A stretch of DNA of 64,000 nucleotides. Origin: Cyanophora paradoxa CCMP329. Lineage: Eukaryota > Plantae > Glaucophyta. Where the stretch lies: NCBI GenBank assembly GCA_004431415.1, contig QPMI01000176.1, positions 114,910-178,909 of the forward strand. The letters are read 5' to 3'. Made by a program: the position numbers and the translations under genes. The notes under the pieces are model-generated. The model made no database searches. It was not told the DNA's origin and saw nothing but the letters and a program-made list of their open reading frames with translations. Positions 34,801 to 48,100 of the stretch are shown here, one piece after another; position 1 is the first letter of the stretch; every line of letters begins with the position of its first letter.

Positions 34801-35894
34801 GGAAGAAGCTGGCGCCCTCGCCGCCGCCGCCGCCGCCGCGGCAGAGCTCGGCGAGCTCGTCCGGGGGCGGCCGCTCGGGGACCTCGTCGCCTTTGAAGCT
34901 GCCGCTGCGGTACCAGTCCACGTACGACCCGTGCCGCGCGCTCCGCGCGTCCGTCCGCCCCTCCTCCTGCGCCCTCTGTCACCGCAGAAGAGGGCGGGAG
35001 AGGGGGGCGGGGGTGGGGGCCGAGGCGGACCGAGGCGGCGCCGGGGCGGGTGTGGGCTGGGCCGTCGTGCGCGCCGTCGTCGCCGTGGGGCGAGGCCGGC
35101 GCGAGGGAGATCACCTCTGCGGCCGCCGGCTCGGCGGGGGCGCGGCCGGGGCGAAGCGCAGCGCGTGGGCCGGGGGGCCGACCGTCGAAGTCGGCGTCGG
35201 GCCCGACATCAGAGAGGGGGGTGGCGACGCCCCCGCCCTCCTTCCACGCCTCCGCACCGGGCGAGGCCAGCACTGCTCGCACGCTGCTGCTCAGCGCGAG
35301 TGCCGGCCGGGCGCGGGGAGGTTGTGATTAGGGCGAGCGGGGAGCGGACCGCCGGGGGTGCTGCAGCTTGCGAGGCCGTTCACGTTAGCGGGGCTCACGC
35401 CCCCTTCGGAGGGGCCGGCCTCGGCGGCGGCGAAGGCGGCAAGCTCGGCCCGCCGGCCGCGCGGGCGCTTGCAGTTGACCTTTGCCGCGCCCTCCCCTTC
35501 CATAAGCTCGAGCTCGACCACGCGCACGGTGCCGTCGCGGCGGGCGGAGGGGCTCCCGCCGCCGCAGCCGCCCGCCGAGGCGCCGGCCCAGGCCGCCGAG
35601 CTCTTCCCCTCGCTCGCCTTCCGCACCGGTGCCTGCCCCTGCGCGCGCGCGCCGGCGTTCGAGAAGCTCGAGCTCGAGCGCCCCTGGCGCTGGCGCGCGC
35701 GGAGGGCCGGTCCGGGAGGCGCCGCGCACCGCGACCGAGGCGTCCCGGAAGGAGTTGTAAGGGTTGAGCGACCGAGCGGACGTCGAAGTCGATCGCGAGG
35801 GCTCGGCCACCCGCTGCGAGCGCGCTCTCGCCGTGCCGAACGCGGCACCGGCCGGCTGCACGCGGCCGGCTGCCAGGCTCAGCGCCCCTCCCAT
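31709..35894 (-). CDS. GAF-domain class III adenylyl cyclase, multi-exon, predicted N-myristoylation
   Basis: Starts MGGALS (MGxxxS). GAF: ILDT…FDVPIALVSLVDSDRQWFKA…SFCGHSIL…IRFYAGAPL…GTLCII. Cyclase: IVFADIVGFT, KIKTIGDCYM, RIGVHSGPVVAGVIG, FDLWGDTVNVAARMES, LKGK. The K and D specificity residues indicate ATP substrate. Confidence 0.9.
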
Positions 35895-37280
35895 CGCTCT
35901 CCCGTCGCACAGCTGCAGGTACGTTGAACCTTTTGAACGCTGCTGAAACCGGTACCGCAGCAGTGCTGCTTTTCGCGTCGCGGCCGACGCTACCACGCTA
36001 CAATTGCAACCGGCTCCTTCGCTGCTGCCAATCGAGGCTGCGCAAGCTTAAGCCGGCGCCAAGCGCGCGCGTGCTGCAGCTGGCCGAGCTGCTGGGCCGG
36101 GGGCTGGGACTGGCCGGCCGCGGTTCGCGTCCGGAGTTGGCCTCCGGCGTGCCAGTGCGTGCGCGCCACGGCGCTCGGGTCTTGAAATCGATTTCGGGCT
36201 GGTCGGGGGCGTTGAATTCGAAGCTGCTGGGCGCAGCGCGCGCGCGCCGTCGTAACCGGCTCGCTATCTGCGCCCCCCGACGAGTTGCTCCGCAGCTTGG
36301 CTGCTGTCGGAACTGGAATCTGCTGAAGGGCGCGCGCCTAGCGGGATGAATCTGCTGAATCTGCTGAAAACTGGAGCCTGGAGGACAGAGGGAATCTGCG
36401 GGATATCCGGATGCGCGCAGCGCGCAGCTGCATGCGAACTTTGCGAAGCCGCCGCGGCAGCGCTGACTCGCCGCTGAGCGCTAGCGGACCCGCGCCGTCC
36501 AGGCCCGTCCGGTCCCGCGGCCGCGGCTGCGAGGGGCTAGACAGGCCGGTAATACTAGCGTTCTAATGCGCCAATCCTATGAAGTATGTATATGCCGTGT
36601 GTGTATCGAGTGCGGGGCGCAGGGGGCGTAAATATGCAAGCAGGAGTGGTGTATGGCATGCTGTACATCTATTGCAAATGCGCGGGAGCTCGCCAGCAGT
36701 GGTCATCCCATATACGTCGCGGCGTCCGCGTGCTGCTCAGCACTGGGGCGCTTACGGCGGGTCTAGCGAGCAAGGCGTGCATGCGCGGCGCATATGCGTT
36801 CTTTTGCAGCCACAAGCTGGGGCCCGGCGCGGTCCCCGTCAGCTGCGGGAGCTGGCGAGAACTGATACCCCCCCGCCACCCCCCCCCTCGGCAAGCCGGC
36901 AGCATTCGTCCGGGAGCTCGGTAGGCAGAAGGTGCGCTCATACATCATGCATCGAAGCAGTTTCCAGCCAACCAGCCTCAGCGAGCGACACAGTTGGCTG
37001 TTGCGCCGCGAGCGCGCGAGCGCTGTGCGCGAGCGGCGAGCTCGAGCGCGCGAGCGGAGCCACGTGCTCACAGGTGGCAGTTGCGCCGGGCCACGCGGAC
37101 GTCGACTGCGGGCAAGCGCGAGCTCGAGGCCCAGTGTGAGAACCCGCGCGCGACCGGCACCCGCGCAATGCTCCCGCCGATCGCGATATGGCTTCCGTTG
37201 CGCGAGCGCGCAACGCGCTTGCAATTGCGCTCCCGGGCGCCGGCCCGCGCGCTCGCGCGCTGCTCAAATCTCGCGCATCG

Positions 37281-40200
37281 AGGCCCGCCGAGGGCGCTAC
37301 AAGCGCGCTTCGACGGATAGAGATTCTAAATATGGCCTGGGTCTGACCGCCGCGCGCGCAGGGACCCACCCCCTGCCCCCCCCCCCCCCTGAACGCTGTA
37401 CCCCTGGTGCGAGCCCCGGACCGCGCTCCCCGCCAGCCGATGGCCCGGCGAGGGCCCTACAAGCGCGCGTCGACGGATAGCGATTCTAAATATGGCCTGG
37501 GTCTGACCGCCGCGCGCGCAGGGACCCTCCCCCTGCCCCCGCCGCCCCCTGAACCCGGTACCCCTGGTGCGAGCCCCGGGCCGCGCTCCCCGCCAGCCGA
37601 TGGCCCGGCGAGGGCCCTACACGCGCGCGTCGACGGATAGCGATTCTAAATATGGCCTGGGTCTGACCGCCGCGCGCGCAGGGACCCACCCCCCCTGCCC
37701 CCGCCGCCCCCTGAACGCTGTACCCCTGGTGCGAGCCCCGGGCCGCGCTCCCCGCCAGCCGATGGCCCGGCGAGGGCCCTATAAGCGCGCGTCGACGGAT
37801 AAAGATTCTAAATATGGCCTGGGTCTGACCGCCGCGCGCGCAGGGACCCTCCCCCCCTGCCCCCGCCGCCCCCTGAACCCGGTACCCCTGGTGCGAGCCC
37901 CGGGCCGCGCTCCCCGCCAGCCGATGGCCCGGCGAGGGCCCTACAAGCGCGCGTCGACGGATAGCGATTCTAAATATGGCCTGGGTCTGACCGCCGCGCA
38001 CGCAGGGACCCACCCCCTGCCCCCGCCGCCCCCTGAACGCTGTACCCCTGGTGCGAGCCCCGGGCCGCGCTCCCCGCCAGCCGATGGCCCGGCGAGGGCC
38101 CTACAAGCGCGCGTCGACGGATAGCGATTCTAAATATGGCCTGGGTCTGACCGCCGCGCGCGCAGGGACCCACCCCCCTGCCCCCGCCGCCCCCTGAACC
38201 CGGTACCCCTGGTGCGAGCCCCGGGCCGCGCTCCCCGCCAGCCGATGGCCCGGCGAGGGCCCTACAAGCGCGCGTCGACGGATAAAGATTCTAAATATGG
38301 CCTGGGTCTGACCGCCGCGCGCGCAGGGACCCTCCCCCCTGCCCCGCCGCCCCCTGAACCCGGTACCCCTGGTGCGAGCCCCGGGCCGCGCTCCCCGCCA
38401 GCCGATGGCCCGGCGAGGGCCCTACAAGCGCGCGTCGACGGATAGAGATTCTAAATATGGCCTGGGTCTGACCGCCGCGCGCGCAGGGAACCACCCCCTG
38501 CCCCCGCCGCCCCCTGAACGCTGTACCCCTGGTGCGAGCCCCGGGCCGCGCTCCCCGCCAGCCGATGGCCCGGCGAGGGCCCTACAAGCGCGCGTCGACG
38601 GATAAAGATTCTAAATATGGCCTGGGTCTGACCGCCGCGCGCGCAGGGACCCTCCCCCCCTGCCCCCGCCGCCCCCTGAACCCGGTACCCCTGGTGCGAG
38701 CCCCGGGCCGCGCTCCCCGCCAGCCGATGGCCCGGCGAGGGCCCTACAAGCGCGCGTCGACGGATAAAGATTCTAAATATGGCCTGGGTCTGACCGCCGC
38801 GCGCGCAGGGACCCTCCCCCCCTGCCCCCGCCGCCCCCTGAACGCTGTACCCCTGGTGCGAGCCCCGGGCCGCGCTCCCCGCCAGCCGATGGCCCGGCGA
38901 GGGCCCTACACGCGCGCGTCGACGGATAGCGATTCTAAATATGGCCTGGGTCTGACCGCCGCGCGCGCAGGGACCCTCCCCCCCTGCCCCCGCCGCCCCC
39001 TGAACGCTGTACCCCTGGTGCGAGCCCCGGGCCGCGCTCCCCGCCAGCCGATGGCCCGGCGAGGGCCCTACAAGCGCGCGTCGACGGATAAAGATTCTAA
39101 ATATGGCCTGGGTCTGACCGCCGCGCGCGCAGGGACCCTCCCCCCCTGCCCCCGCCGCCCCCTGAACCCGGTACCCCTGGTGCGAGCCCCGGGCCGCGCT
39201 CCCCGCCAGCCGATGGCCCGGCGAGGGCCCTACACGCGCGCGTCGACGGATAGCGATTCTAAATATGGCCTGGGTCTGACCGCCGCGCGCGCAGGGACCC
39301 TCCCCCCCTGCCCCCGCCGCCCCCTGAACCCGGTACCCCTGGTGCGAGCCCCGGGCCGCGCTCCCCGCCAGCCGATGGCCCGGCGAGGGCCCTACACGCG
39401 CGCGTCGACGGATAGCGATTCTAAATATGGCCTGGGTCTGACCGCCGCGCACGCAGGGACCCACCCCCTGCCCCCGCCGCCCCCTGAACGCTGTACCCCT
39501 GGTGCGAGCCCCGGGCCGCGCTCCCCGCCAGCCGATGGCCCGGCGAGGGCCCTACAAGCGCGCGTCGACGGATAGCGATTCTAAATATGGCCTGGGTCTG
39601 ACCGCCGCGCGCGCAGGGACCCACCCCCCTGCCCCCCCCGCCCCCTGAACCCGGTACCCCTGGTGCGAGCCCCGGGCCGCGCTCCCCGCCAGCCGATGGC
39701 CCGGCGAGGCCCTACAAGCGCGCGTCGACGGATAAAGATTCTAAATATGGCCTGGGTCTGACCGCCGCGCGCGCAGGGACCCTCCCCCCTGCCCCGCCGC
39801 CCCCTGAACCCGGTACCCCTGGTGCGAGCCCCGGGCCGCGCTCCCCGCCAGCCGATGGCCCGGCGAGGGCCCTACAAGCGCGCGTCGACGGATAGAGATT
39901 CTAAATATGGCCTGGGTCTGACCGCCGCGCGCGCAGGGACCCCCCCCCCTGCCCCCGCCGCCCCCTGAACGCTGTACCCCTGGTGCGAGCCCCGGGCCGC
40001 GCTCCCCGCCAGCCGATGGCCCGGCGAGGGCCCTACAAGCGCGCGTCGACGGATAGCGATTCTAAATATGGCCTGGGTCTGACCGCCGCGCGCGCAGGGA
40101 CCCACCCCCCTGCCCCCGCCGCCCCCTGAACCCGGTACCCCTGGTGCGAGCCCCGGGCCGCGCTCCCCGCCAGCCGATGGCCCGGCGAGGGCCCTACAAG

Positions 40201-41126
40201 CGCGCGTCGACGGATAGCAATTCTAAATATGGCCTGGGTCTGACCGCCGCGCGCGCAGGGACCCACCCCCCCTGCCCCCGCCGCCCCCTGAACGCTGTAC
40301 CCCTGGTGCGAGCCCCGGGCCGCGCTCCCCGCCAGCCGATGGCCCGGCGAGGGCCCTACACGCGCGCGTCGACGGATAGCGATTCTAAATATGGCCTGGG
40401 TCTGACCGCCGCGCGCGCAGGGACCCTCCCCCCCTGCCCCGCCGCCCCCTGAACCGGTACCCCTGGTGCGAGCCCCGGGCCGCGCTCCCCGCCAGCCGAT
40501 GGCCCGGCGAGGGCCCTACACGCGCGCGTCGACGGATAGCGATTCTAAATATGGCCTGGGTCTGACCGCCGCGCACGCAGGGACCCACCCCCTGCCCCCG
40601 CCGCCCCTGAACGCTGTACCCCTGGTGCGAGCCCCGGGCCGCGCTCCCCGCCAGCCGATGGCCCGGCGAGGGCCCTACAAGCGCGCGTCGACGGATAGCG
40701 ATTCTAAATATGGCCTGGGTCTGACCGCCGCGCGCGCAGGGACCCACCCCCCCTGCCCCCGCCGCCCCCTGAACCCGGTACCCCTGGTGCGAGCCCCGGG
40801 CCGCGCTCCCCGCCAGCCGATGGCCCGGCGAGGGCCCTACAAGCGCGCGTCGACGGATAAAGATTCTAAATATGGCCTGGGTCTGACCGCCGCGCGCGCA
40901 GGGACCCTCCCCCCCTGCCCCCGCCGCCCCCTGAACCCGGTACCCCTGGTGCGAGCCCCGGGCCGCGCTCCCCGCCAGCCGATGGCCCGGCGAGGGCCCT
41001 ACAAGCGCGCGTCGACGGATAGAGATTCTAAATATGGCCTGGGTCTGACCGCCGCGCGCGCAGGGACCCTCCCCCCCTGCCCCCGCCGCCCCCTGAACGC
41101 TGTACCCCTGGTGCGAGCCCCGGGCC
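37281..41126 (+). repeat. Tandem satellite array A, ~160-162 bp unit, 24 copies
   Basis: Each unit contains GTCGACGGAT…ATTCTAAATATGGCCTGGGTCTGACC; 24 ATTCTAAAT sites hand-counted from ~37322 to ~41024. C-rich on + strand. Confidence 0.97.
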
Positions 41127-42145
41127 GTGCTCTCCGTCAAGAGATGAGATGTAGAGGGAAAATACAAAGCATCTGTACGCATGTTCGACGCATGTGCAAA
41201 GCATGAACACCGCATCCGCTACGCATATGCATGCAATGAAAGTACAACGCATCCGCAACGCATGCTCTCATGCGACTAGGGCAGGCCCCGCAACTGAATC
41301 GAGGCGCTGCGAAACAAAATACGGGGAACAGAGATATATAATGTAGAAGATGAGCCCGGGGCCCCGGGCGCAAGACGAAAGGCCCGCCTCAATTGCAAGG
41401 TAGTGATGGGGGCGCATGAGGTGTTGGGCCCGATGAACCGCGCCTGGCCACCCCAGGGCAGGCCCCGCGCCCGAATCGGAGCACTGAAAAGCAACATACT
41501 ATGAACGAGGATGCCGAATCTTTAAGATGAGCCGAGGTCTCCGGGCGGCAGGCAAGAGGCGGGCCTCGAGGTTGTGGGGGGGTGCACAGGAGGGGTTGGA
41601 TCATTTATAGCTGATTATCTCTGGATGGAATTCAGATCAATAAGACTCAAGCATATCATGTGAACGACAATAAAAAGCGCTTTCAGAATACATGCCATGT
41701 ATCGGGCTCGGATATCCTCCCGCTTAATGGAAATCCGATAAATCGTTCAACGAGCTCTCAAACACATCAACTGATCATCCATCACCCAACTCAGTCATCA
41801 TGATGAATGACCTTGGTTGGACTCTCGATGAGCACTCAACATAAGCATGTATATCGCTTATAAAGACTAATATAAGCCTAATATATCACCCATTCACTGG
41901 AACTCGCGTGTAGTAATTAGATTTTGTGCCACAGTGCTGCCTAGTGCTGCCTATATAGCTAGTGCTGCTTAGTGCCCCCACGTATACTGTGAATGACGGC
42001 TCCATGCCCGGACGATTCCACTAGGACAGACCACAGTGGCACCGTCAGCCAGCTACTTAAAAGCCTTGAAGTCGTCGAGAGTTCACTCGTACATTATTCA
42101 CATCATAACATAAACGGGGGGGTGGGGGGGGTGGGGGGGGGGGAG
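41127..42145. other. Unique AT-richer non-coding core between the two arrays
   Basis: About 1 kb with no credible ORF and a marked compositional shift relative to the flanking arrays; short internal repeats (TAGTGCTGCC x3). Confidence 0.7.
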
Positions 42146-45100
42146 GCTCTCTGCGGCCGAGAATTCGATGTCAGGATTAAAGCGACGGCGACGGCGCGCG
42201 GGGCCCGCCGCTGGCGCGCCCGAGGGGCCGAGCCTAGGGGGGACCCGGCGGGAGCGCCCAAGGGGGTACCTGGTTGCGGGGCGGCCGGGGGGCAGGGGCG
42301 GGCTCACTGCGGCCGAGAATTCGATGTCAGGACTAATGCGCCGGCGACGGCGCGCGGGGCCCGCCGCTGGCGCGCCCGAGGGGCCGAGCCTAGGGGGGGA
42401 CCCCGGCCGGCAGCGCCCAAGGGGGTACCTGGTTGCGGGGCGCCGGGGGCAGGGGGCGGGCTCACTGCGGCCGAGAATTCGATGTCAGGATTAAAGCGAC
42501 GGCGACGGCGCGCGGGGCCCGCCGCTAGCGCGCCCGAGGGGCCGAGCCTAGGGGGAACCCCGGCCGGCAGCGCCCAAGGGGGTACCTGGTTGCGGGGCGG
42601 CCGGGGGGCAGGGGGCGGGCTCACTGCGGCCGAGAATTCGATGTCAGGATTAAAGCGACGGCGACGGCGCGCGGGGCCGCCGCTAGCGCGCCCGAGGGGC
42701 CGAGCCTAGGGGGGGACCCCGGCCGGAGCGCCCAAGGGGGTACCTGGTTGCGGGGCGGCCGGGGGGCAGGGGGCGGGCTCACTGCGGCCGAGAATTCGAT
42801 GTCAGGATTAAAGCGACGGCGACGGCGCGCGGGGCCCGCCGCTAGCGCGCCCGAGGGGCCGAGCCTAGGGGGGGACCCCGGCCGGCAGCGCCCAAGGGGG
42901 TACCTGGTTGCGGGGCGGCCGGGGGGCAGGGGGCGGGCTCACTGCGGCCGAGAATTCGATGTCAGGATTAAAGCGACGGCGACGGCGCGCGGGGCCCGCC
43001 GCTAGCGCGCCCGAGGGGCCGAGCCTAGGGGGGACCCCGGCCGGCAGCGCCCAAGGGGGTACCTGGTTGCGGGGCGGCCGGGGGCAGGGGGCGGGCTCAC
43101 TGCGGCCGAGAATTCGATGTCAGGATTAAAGCGACGGCGACGGCGCGCGGGGCCCGCCGCTAGCGCGCCCGAGGGCCGAGCCTAGGGGGGACCCCGGCCG
43201 GGAGCGCCCAAGGGGGTACCTGGTTGCGGGGCGGCCGGGGGGCAGGGGGCGGGCTCACTGCGGCCGAGAATTCGATGTCAGGATTAAAGCGACGGCGACG
43301 GCGCGCGGGGCCCGCCGCTAGCGCGCCCGAGGGCCGAGCCTAGGGGGGACCCCGGCCGGGAGCGCCCAAGGGGGTACCTGGTTGCGGGGCGGCCGGGGGG
43401 CAGGGGGCGGGCTCACTGCGGCCGAGAATTCGATGTCAGGATTAAAGCGACGGCGACGGCGCGCGGGGCCCGCCGCTAGCGCGCCCGAGGGGCCGAGCCT
43501 AGGGGGGACCCCGGCCGGCAGCGCCCAAGGGGGTACCTGGTTGCGGGGCGGCCGGGGGGCAGGGGGCGGGCTCACTGCGGCCGAGAATTCGATGTCAGGA
43601 TTAAAGCGACGGCGACGGCGCGCGGGGCCCGCCGCTAGCGCGCCCGAGGGCCGAGCCTAGGGGGGACCCCGGCCGGCAGCGCCCAAGGGGGGTACCTGGT
43701 TGCGGGGCGGCCGGGGGGCAGGGGGCGGGCTCACTGCGGCCGAGAATTCGATGTCAGGATTAAAGCGACGGCGACGGCGCGCGGGGCCCGCCGCTAGCGC
43801 GCCCGAGGGGCCGAGCCTAGGGGGGACCCCGGCCGGCAGCGCCCAAGGGGGTACCTGGTTGCGGGCGGCCGGGGGGCAGGGGGCGGGCTCACTGCGGCCG
43901 AGAATTCGATGTCAGGATTAAAGCGACGGCGACGGCGCGCGGGGCCCGCCGCTAGCGCGCCCGAGGGCCGAGCCTAGGGGGGACCCCGGCCGGCAGCGCC
44001 CAAGGGGGGTACCTGGTTGCGGGGCGGCCGGGGGGCAGGGGGCGGCTCACTGCGGCCGAGAATTCGATGTCAGGATTAAAGCGACGGCGACGGCGCGCGG
44101 GGCCCGCCGCTAGCGCGCCCGAGGGGCCGAGCCTAGGGGGGACCCCGGCCGGGAGCGCCCAAGGGGGTACCTGGTTGCGGGGCGGCCGGGGGCAGGGGGC
44201 GGGCTCACTGCGGCCGAGAATTCGATGTCAGGATTAAAGCGACGGCGACGGCGCGCGGGGCCCGCCGCTAGCGCGCCCGAGGGGCCGAGCCTAGGGGGGG
44301 ACCCCGGCCGGCAGCGCCCAAGGGGGGTACCTGGTTGCGGGGCGGCCGGGGGGGCAGGGGGCGGGCTCACTGCGGCCGAGAATTCGATGTCAGGATTAAA
44401 GCGACGGCGACGGCGCGCGGGGCCCGCCGCTAGCGCGCCCGAGGGGCCGAGCCTAGGGGGGGACCCCGGCCGGGAGCGCCCAAGGGGGGTACCTGGTTGC
44501 GGGGCGGCCGGGGGGGCAGGGGGCGGGCTCACTGCGGCCGAGAATTCGATGTCAGGATTAAAGCGACGGCGACGGCGCGCGGGGCCCGCCGCTAGCGCGC
44601 CCGAGGGGCCGAGCCTAGGGGGGACCCCGGCCGGCAGCGCCCAAGGGGGTACCTGGTTGCGGGGCGGCCGGGGGGCAGGGGCGGGCTCACTGCGGCCGAG
44701 AATTCGATGTCAGGATTAAAGCGACGGCGACGGCGCGCGGGGCCCGCCGCTAGCGCGCCCGAGGGGCCGAGCCTAGGGGGGGACCCCGGCCGGCAGCGCC
44801 CAAGGGGGTACCTGGTTGCGGGGCGGCCGGGGGGCAGGGGGCGGGCTCACTGCGGCCGAGAATTCGATGTCAGGATTAAAGCGACGGCGACGGCGCGCGG
44901 GGCCCGCCGCTAGCGCGCCCGAGGGGCCGAGCCTAGGGGGGACCCCGGCCGGGAGCGCCCAAGGGGGTACCTGGTTGCGGGGCGGCCGGGGGGGCAGGGG
45001 CGGGCTCACTGCGGCCGAGAATTCGATGTCAGGATTAAAGCGACGGCGACGGCGCGCGGGGCCGCCGCTAGCGCGCCCGAGGGGCCGAGCCTAGGGGGGA

Positions 45101-48100
45101 CCCCGGCCGGCAGCGCCCAAGGGGGTACCTGGTTGCGGGGCGGCCGGGGGCAGGGGGCGGGCTCACTGCGGCCGAGAATTCGATGTCAGGATTAAAGCGA
45201 CGGCGACGGCGCGCGGGGCCCGCCGCTAGCGCGCCCGAGGGGCCGAGCCTAGGGGGGACCCCGGCCGGCAGCGCCCAAGGGGGTACCTGGTTGCGGGGCG
45301 GCCGGGGGCAGGGGGCGGGCTCACTGCGGCCGAGAATTCGATGTCAGGATTAAAGCGACGGCGACGGCGCGCGGGGCCCGCCGCTAGCGCGCCCGAGGGC
45401 CGAGCCTAGGGGGGGACCCCGGCCGGGAGCGCCCAAGGGGGTACCTGGTTGCGGGGCGGCCGGGGGCAGGGGCGGGCTCACTGCGGCCGAGAATTCGATG
45501 TCAGGATTAAAGCGACGGCGACGGCGCGCGGGGCCCGCCGCTAGCGCGCCCGAGGGGCCGAGCCTAGGGGGGACCCCGGTCGGGAGCGCCCAAGGGGGGT
45601 ACCTGGTTGCGGGGCGGCCGGGGGGCAGGGGGCGGGCTCACTGCGGCCGAGAATTCGATGTCAGGATTAAAGCGACGGCGACGGCGCGCGGGGCCCGCCG
45701 CTAGCGCGCCCGAGGGCCGAGCCTAGGGGGGGACCCCGGCCGGGAGCGCCCAAGGGGGTACCTGGTTGCGGGGCGGCCGGGGGGCAGGGGCGGGCTCACT
45801 GCGGCCGAGAATTCGATGTCAGGATTAAAGCGACGGCGACGGCGCGCGGGGCCCGCCGCTAGCGCGCCCGAGGGGCCGAGCCTAGGGGGGGACCCCGGCC
45901 GGCAGCGCCCAAGGGGGTACCTGGTTGCGGGGCGGCCGGGGGGCAGGGGGCGGGCTCACTGCGGCCGAGAATTCGATGTCAGGATTAAAGCGACGGCGAC
46001 GGCGCGCGGGGCCCGCCGCTAGCGCGCCCGAGGGGCCGAGCCTAGGGGGGGACCCCGGCCGGGAGCGCCCAAGGGGGTACCTGGTTGCGGGGCGGCCGGG
46101 GGGCAGGGGGCGGGCTCACTGCGGCCGAGAATTCGATGTCAGGATTAAAGCGACGGCGACGGCGCGCGGGCCCGCCGCTAGCGCGCCCGAGGGGCCGAGC
46201 CTAGGGGGGACCCCGGCCGGCAGCGCCCAAGGGGGTACCTGGTTGCGGGGCGGCCGGGGGGCAGGGGGCGGGCTCACTGCGGCCGAGAATTCGATGTCAG
46301 GATTAAAGCGACGGCGACGGCGCGCGGGGCCCGCCGCTAGCGCGCCCGAGGGGCCGAGCCTAGGGGGGACCCCGGCCGGCAGCGCCCAAGGGGGTACCTG
46401 GTTGCGGGGCGGCCGGGGGGCAGGGGGCGGGCTCACTGCGGCCGAGAATTCGATGTCAGGATTAAAGCGACGGCGACGGCGCGCGGGGCCCGCCGCTAGC
46501 GCGCCCGAGGGGCCGAGCCTAGGGGGGGACCCCGGCCGGGAGCGCCCAAGGGGGGTACCTGGTTGCGGGGCGGCCGGGGGCAGGGGGCGGGCTCACTGCG
46601 GCCGAGAATTCGATGTCAGGATTAAAGCGACGGCGACGGCGCGCGGGGCCCGCCGCTAGCGCGCCCGAGGGGCCGAGCCTAGGGGGGACCCCGGCCGGGA
46701 GCGCCCAAGGGGGGTACCTGGTTGCGGGGCGGCCGGGGGGCAGGGGGCGGGCTCACTGCGGCCGAGAATTCGATGTCAGGATTAAAGCGACGGCGACGGC
46801 GCGCGGGGCCCGCCGCTAGCGCGCCCGAGGGGCCGAGCCTAGGGGGGACCCCGGCCGGCAGCGCCCAAGGGGGGTACCTGGTTGCGGGGCGGCCGGGGGG
46901 CAGGGGCGGGCTCACTGCGGCCGAGAATTCGATGTCAGGATTAAAGCGACGGCGACGGCGCGCGGGGCCCGCCGCTAGCGCGCCTGAGGGGCCGAGCCTA
47001 GGGGGGGACCCCGGCCGGGAGCGCCCAAGGGGGGTACCTGGTTGCGGGGCGGCCGGGGGCAGGGGCGGGCTCACTGCGGCCGAGAATTCGATGTCAGGAT
47101 TAAAGCGACGGCGACGGCGCGCGGGGCCCGCCGCTAGCGCGCCCGAGGGGCCGAGCCTAGGGGGGACCCCGGCCGGGAGCGCCCAAGGGGGTACCTGGTT
47201 GCGGGGCGGCCGGGGGGCAGGGGCGGGCTCACTGCGGCCGAGAATTCGATGTCAGGATTAAAGCGACGGCGACGGCGCGCGGGGCCCGCCGCTAGCGCGC
47301 CCGAGGGGCCGAGCCTAGGGGGGACCCCGGCCGGGAGCGCCCAAGGGGGGTACCTGGTTGCGGGGCGGCCGGGGGGCAGGGGGCGGGCTCACTGCGGCCG
47401 AGAATTCGATGTCAGGATTAAAGCGACGGCGACGGCGCGCGGGGCCCGCCGCTAGCGCGCCCGAGGGCCGAGCCTAGGGGGGACCCGGCCGGCAGCGCCC
47501 AAGGGGGTACCTGGTTGCGGGGCGGCCGGGGGCAGGGGGCGGGCTCACTGCGGCCGAGAATTCGATGTCAGGATTAAAGCGACGGCGACGGCGCGCGGGG
47601 CCCGCCGCTAGCGCGCCCGAGGGGCCGAGCCTAGGGGGGACCCGGCCGGGAGCGCCCAAGGGGGGTACCTGGTTGCGGGGCGGCCGGGGGCAGGGGGCGG
47701 GCTCACTGCGGCCGAGAATTCGATGTCAGGATTAAAGCGACGGCGACGGCGCGCGGGGCCCGCCGCTAGCGCGCCCGAGGGGCCGAGCCTAGGGGGGACC
47801 CCGGCCGGGAGCGCCCAAGGGGGGTACCTGGTTGCGGGGCGGCCGGGGGGCAGGGGGCGGGCTCACTGCGGCCGAGAATTCGATGTCAGGATTAAAGCGA
47901 CGGCGACGGCGCGCGGGGCCCGCCGCTAGCGCGCCCGAGGGGCCGAGCCTAGGGGGGACCCCGGCCGGCAGCGCCCAAGGGGGTACCTGGTTGCGGGGCG
48001 GCCGGGGGCAGGGGCGGGCTCACTGCGGCCGAGAATTCGATGTCAGGATTAAAGCGACGGCGACGGCGCGCGGGCCCGCCGCTAGCGCGCCCGAGGGGCC

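Noticed and set aside
36315-36410. GAATCTGCTGAA repeated upstream of the cyclase gene as a regulatory site
   Set aside because: Could be simple local duplication; no independent support.
41345-41385. Hammerhead ribozyme-like GATGAG-stem-CG(C)AA
   Set aside because: Core deviates (AAGATGAG instead of CTGATGAG; CGCAA instead of CGAAA) and no stems I/III were found.
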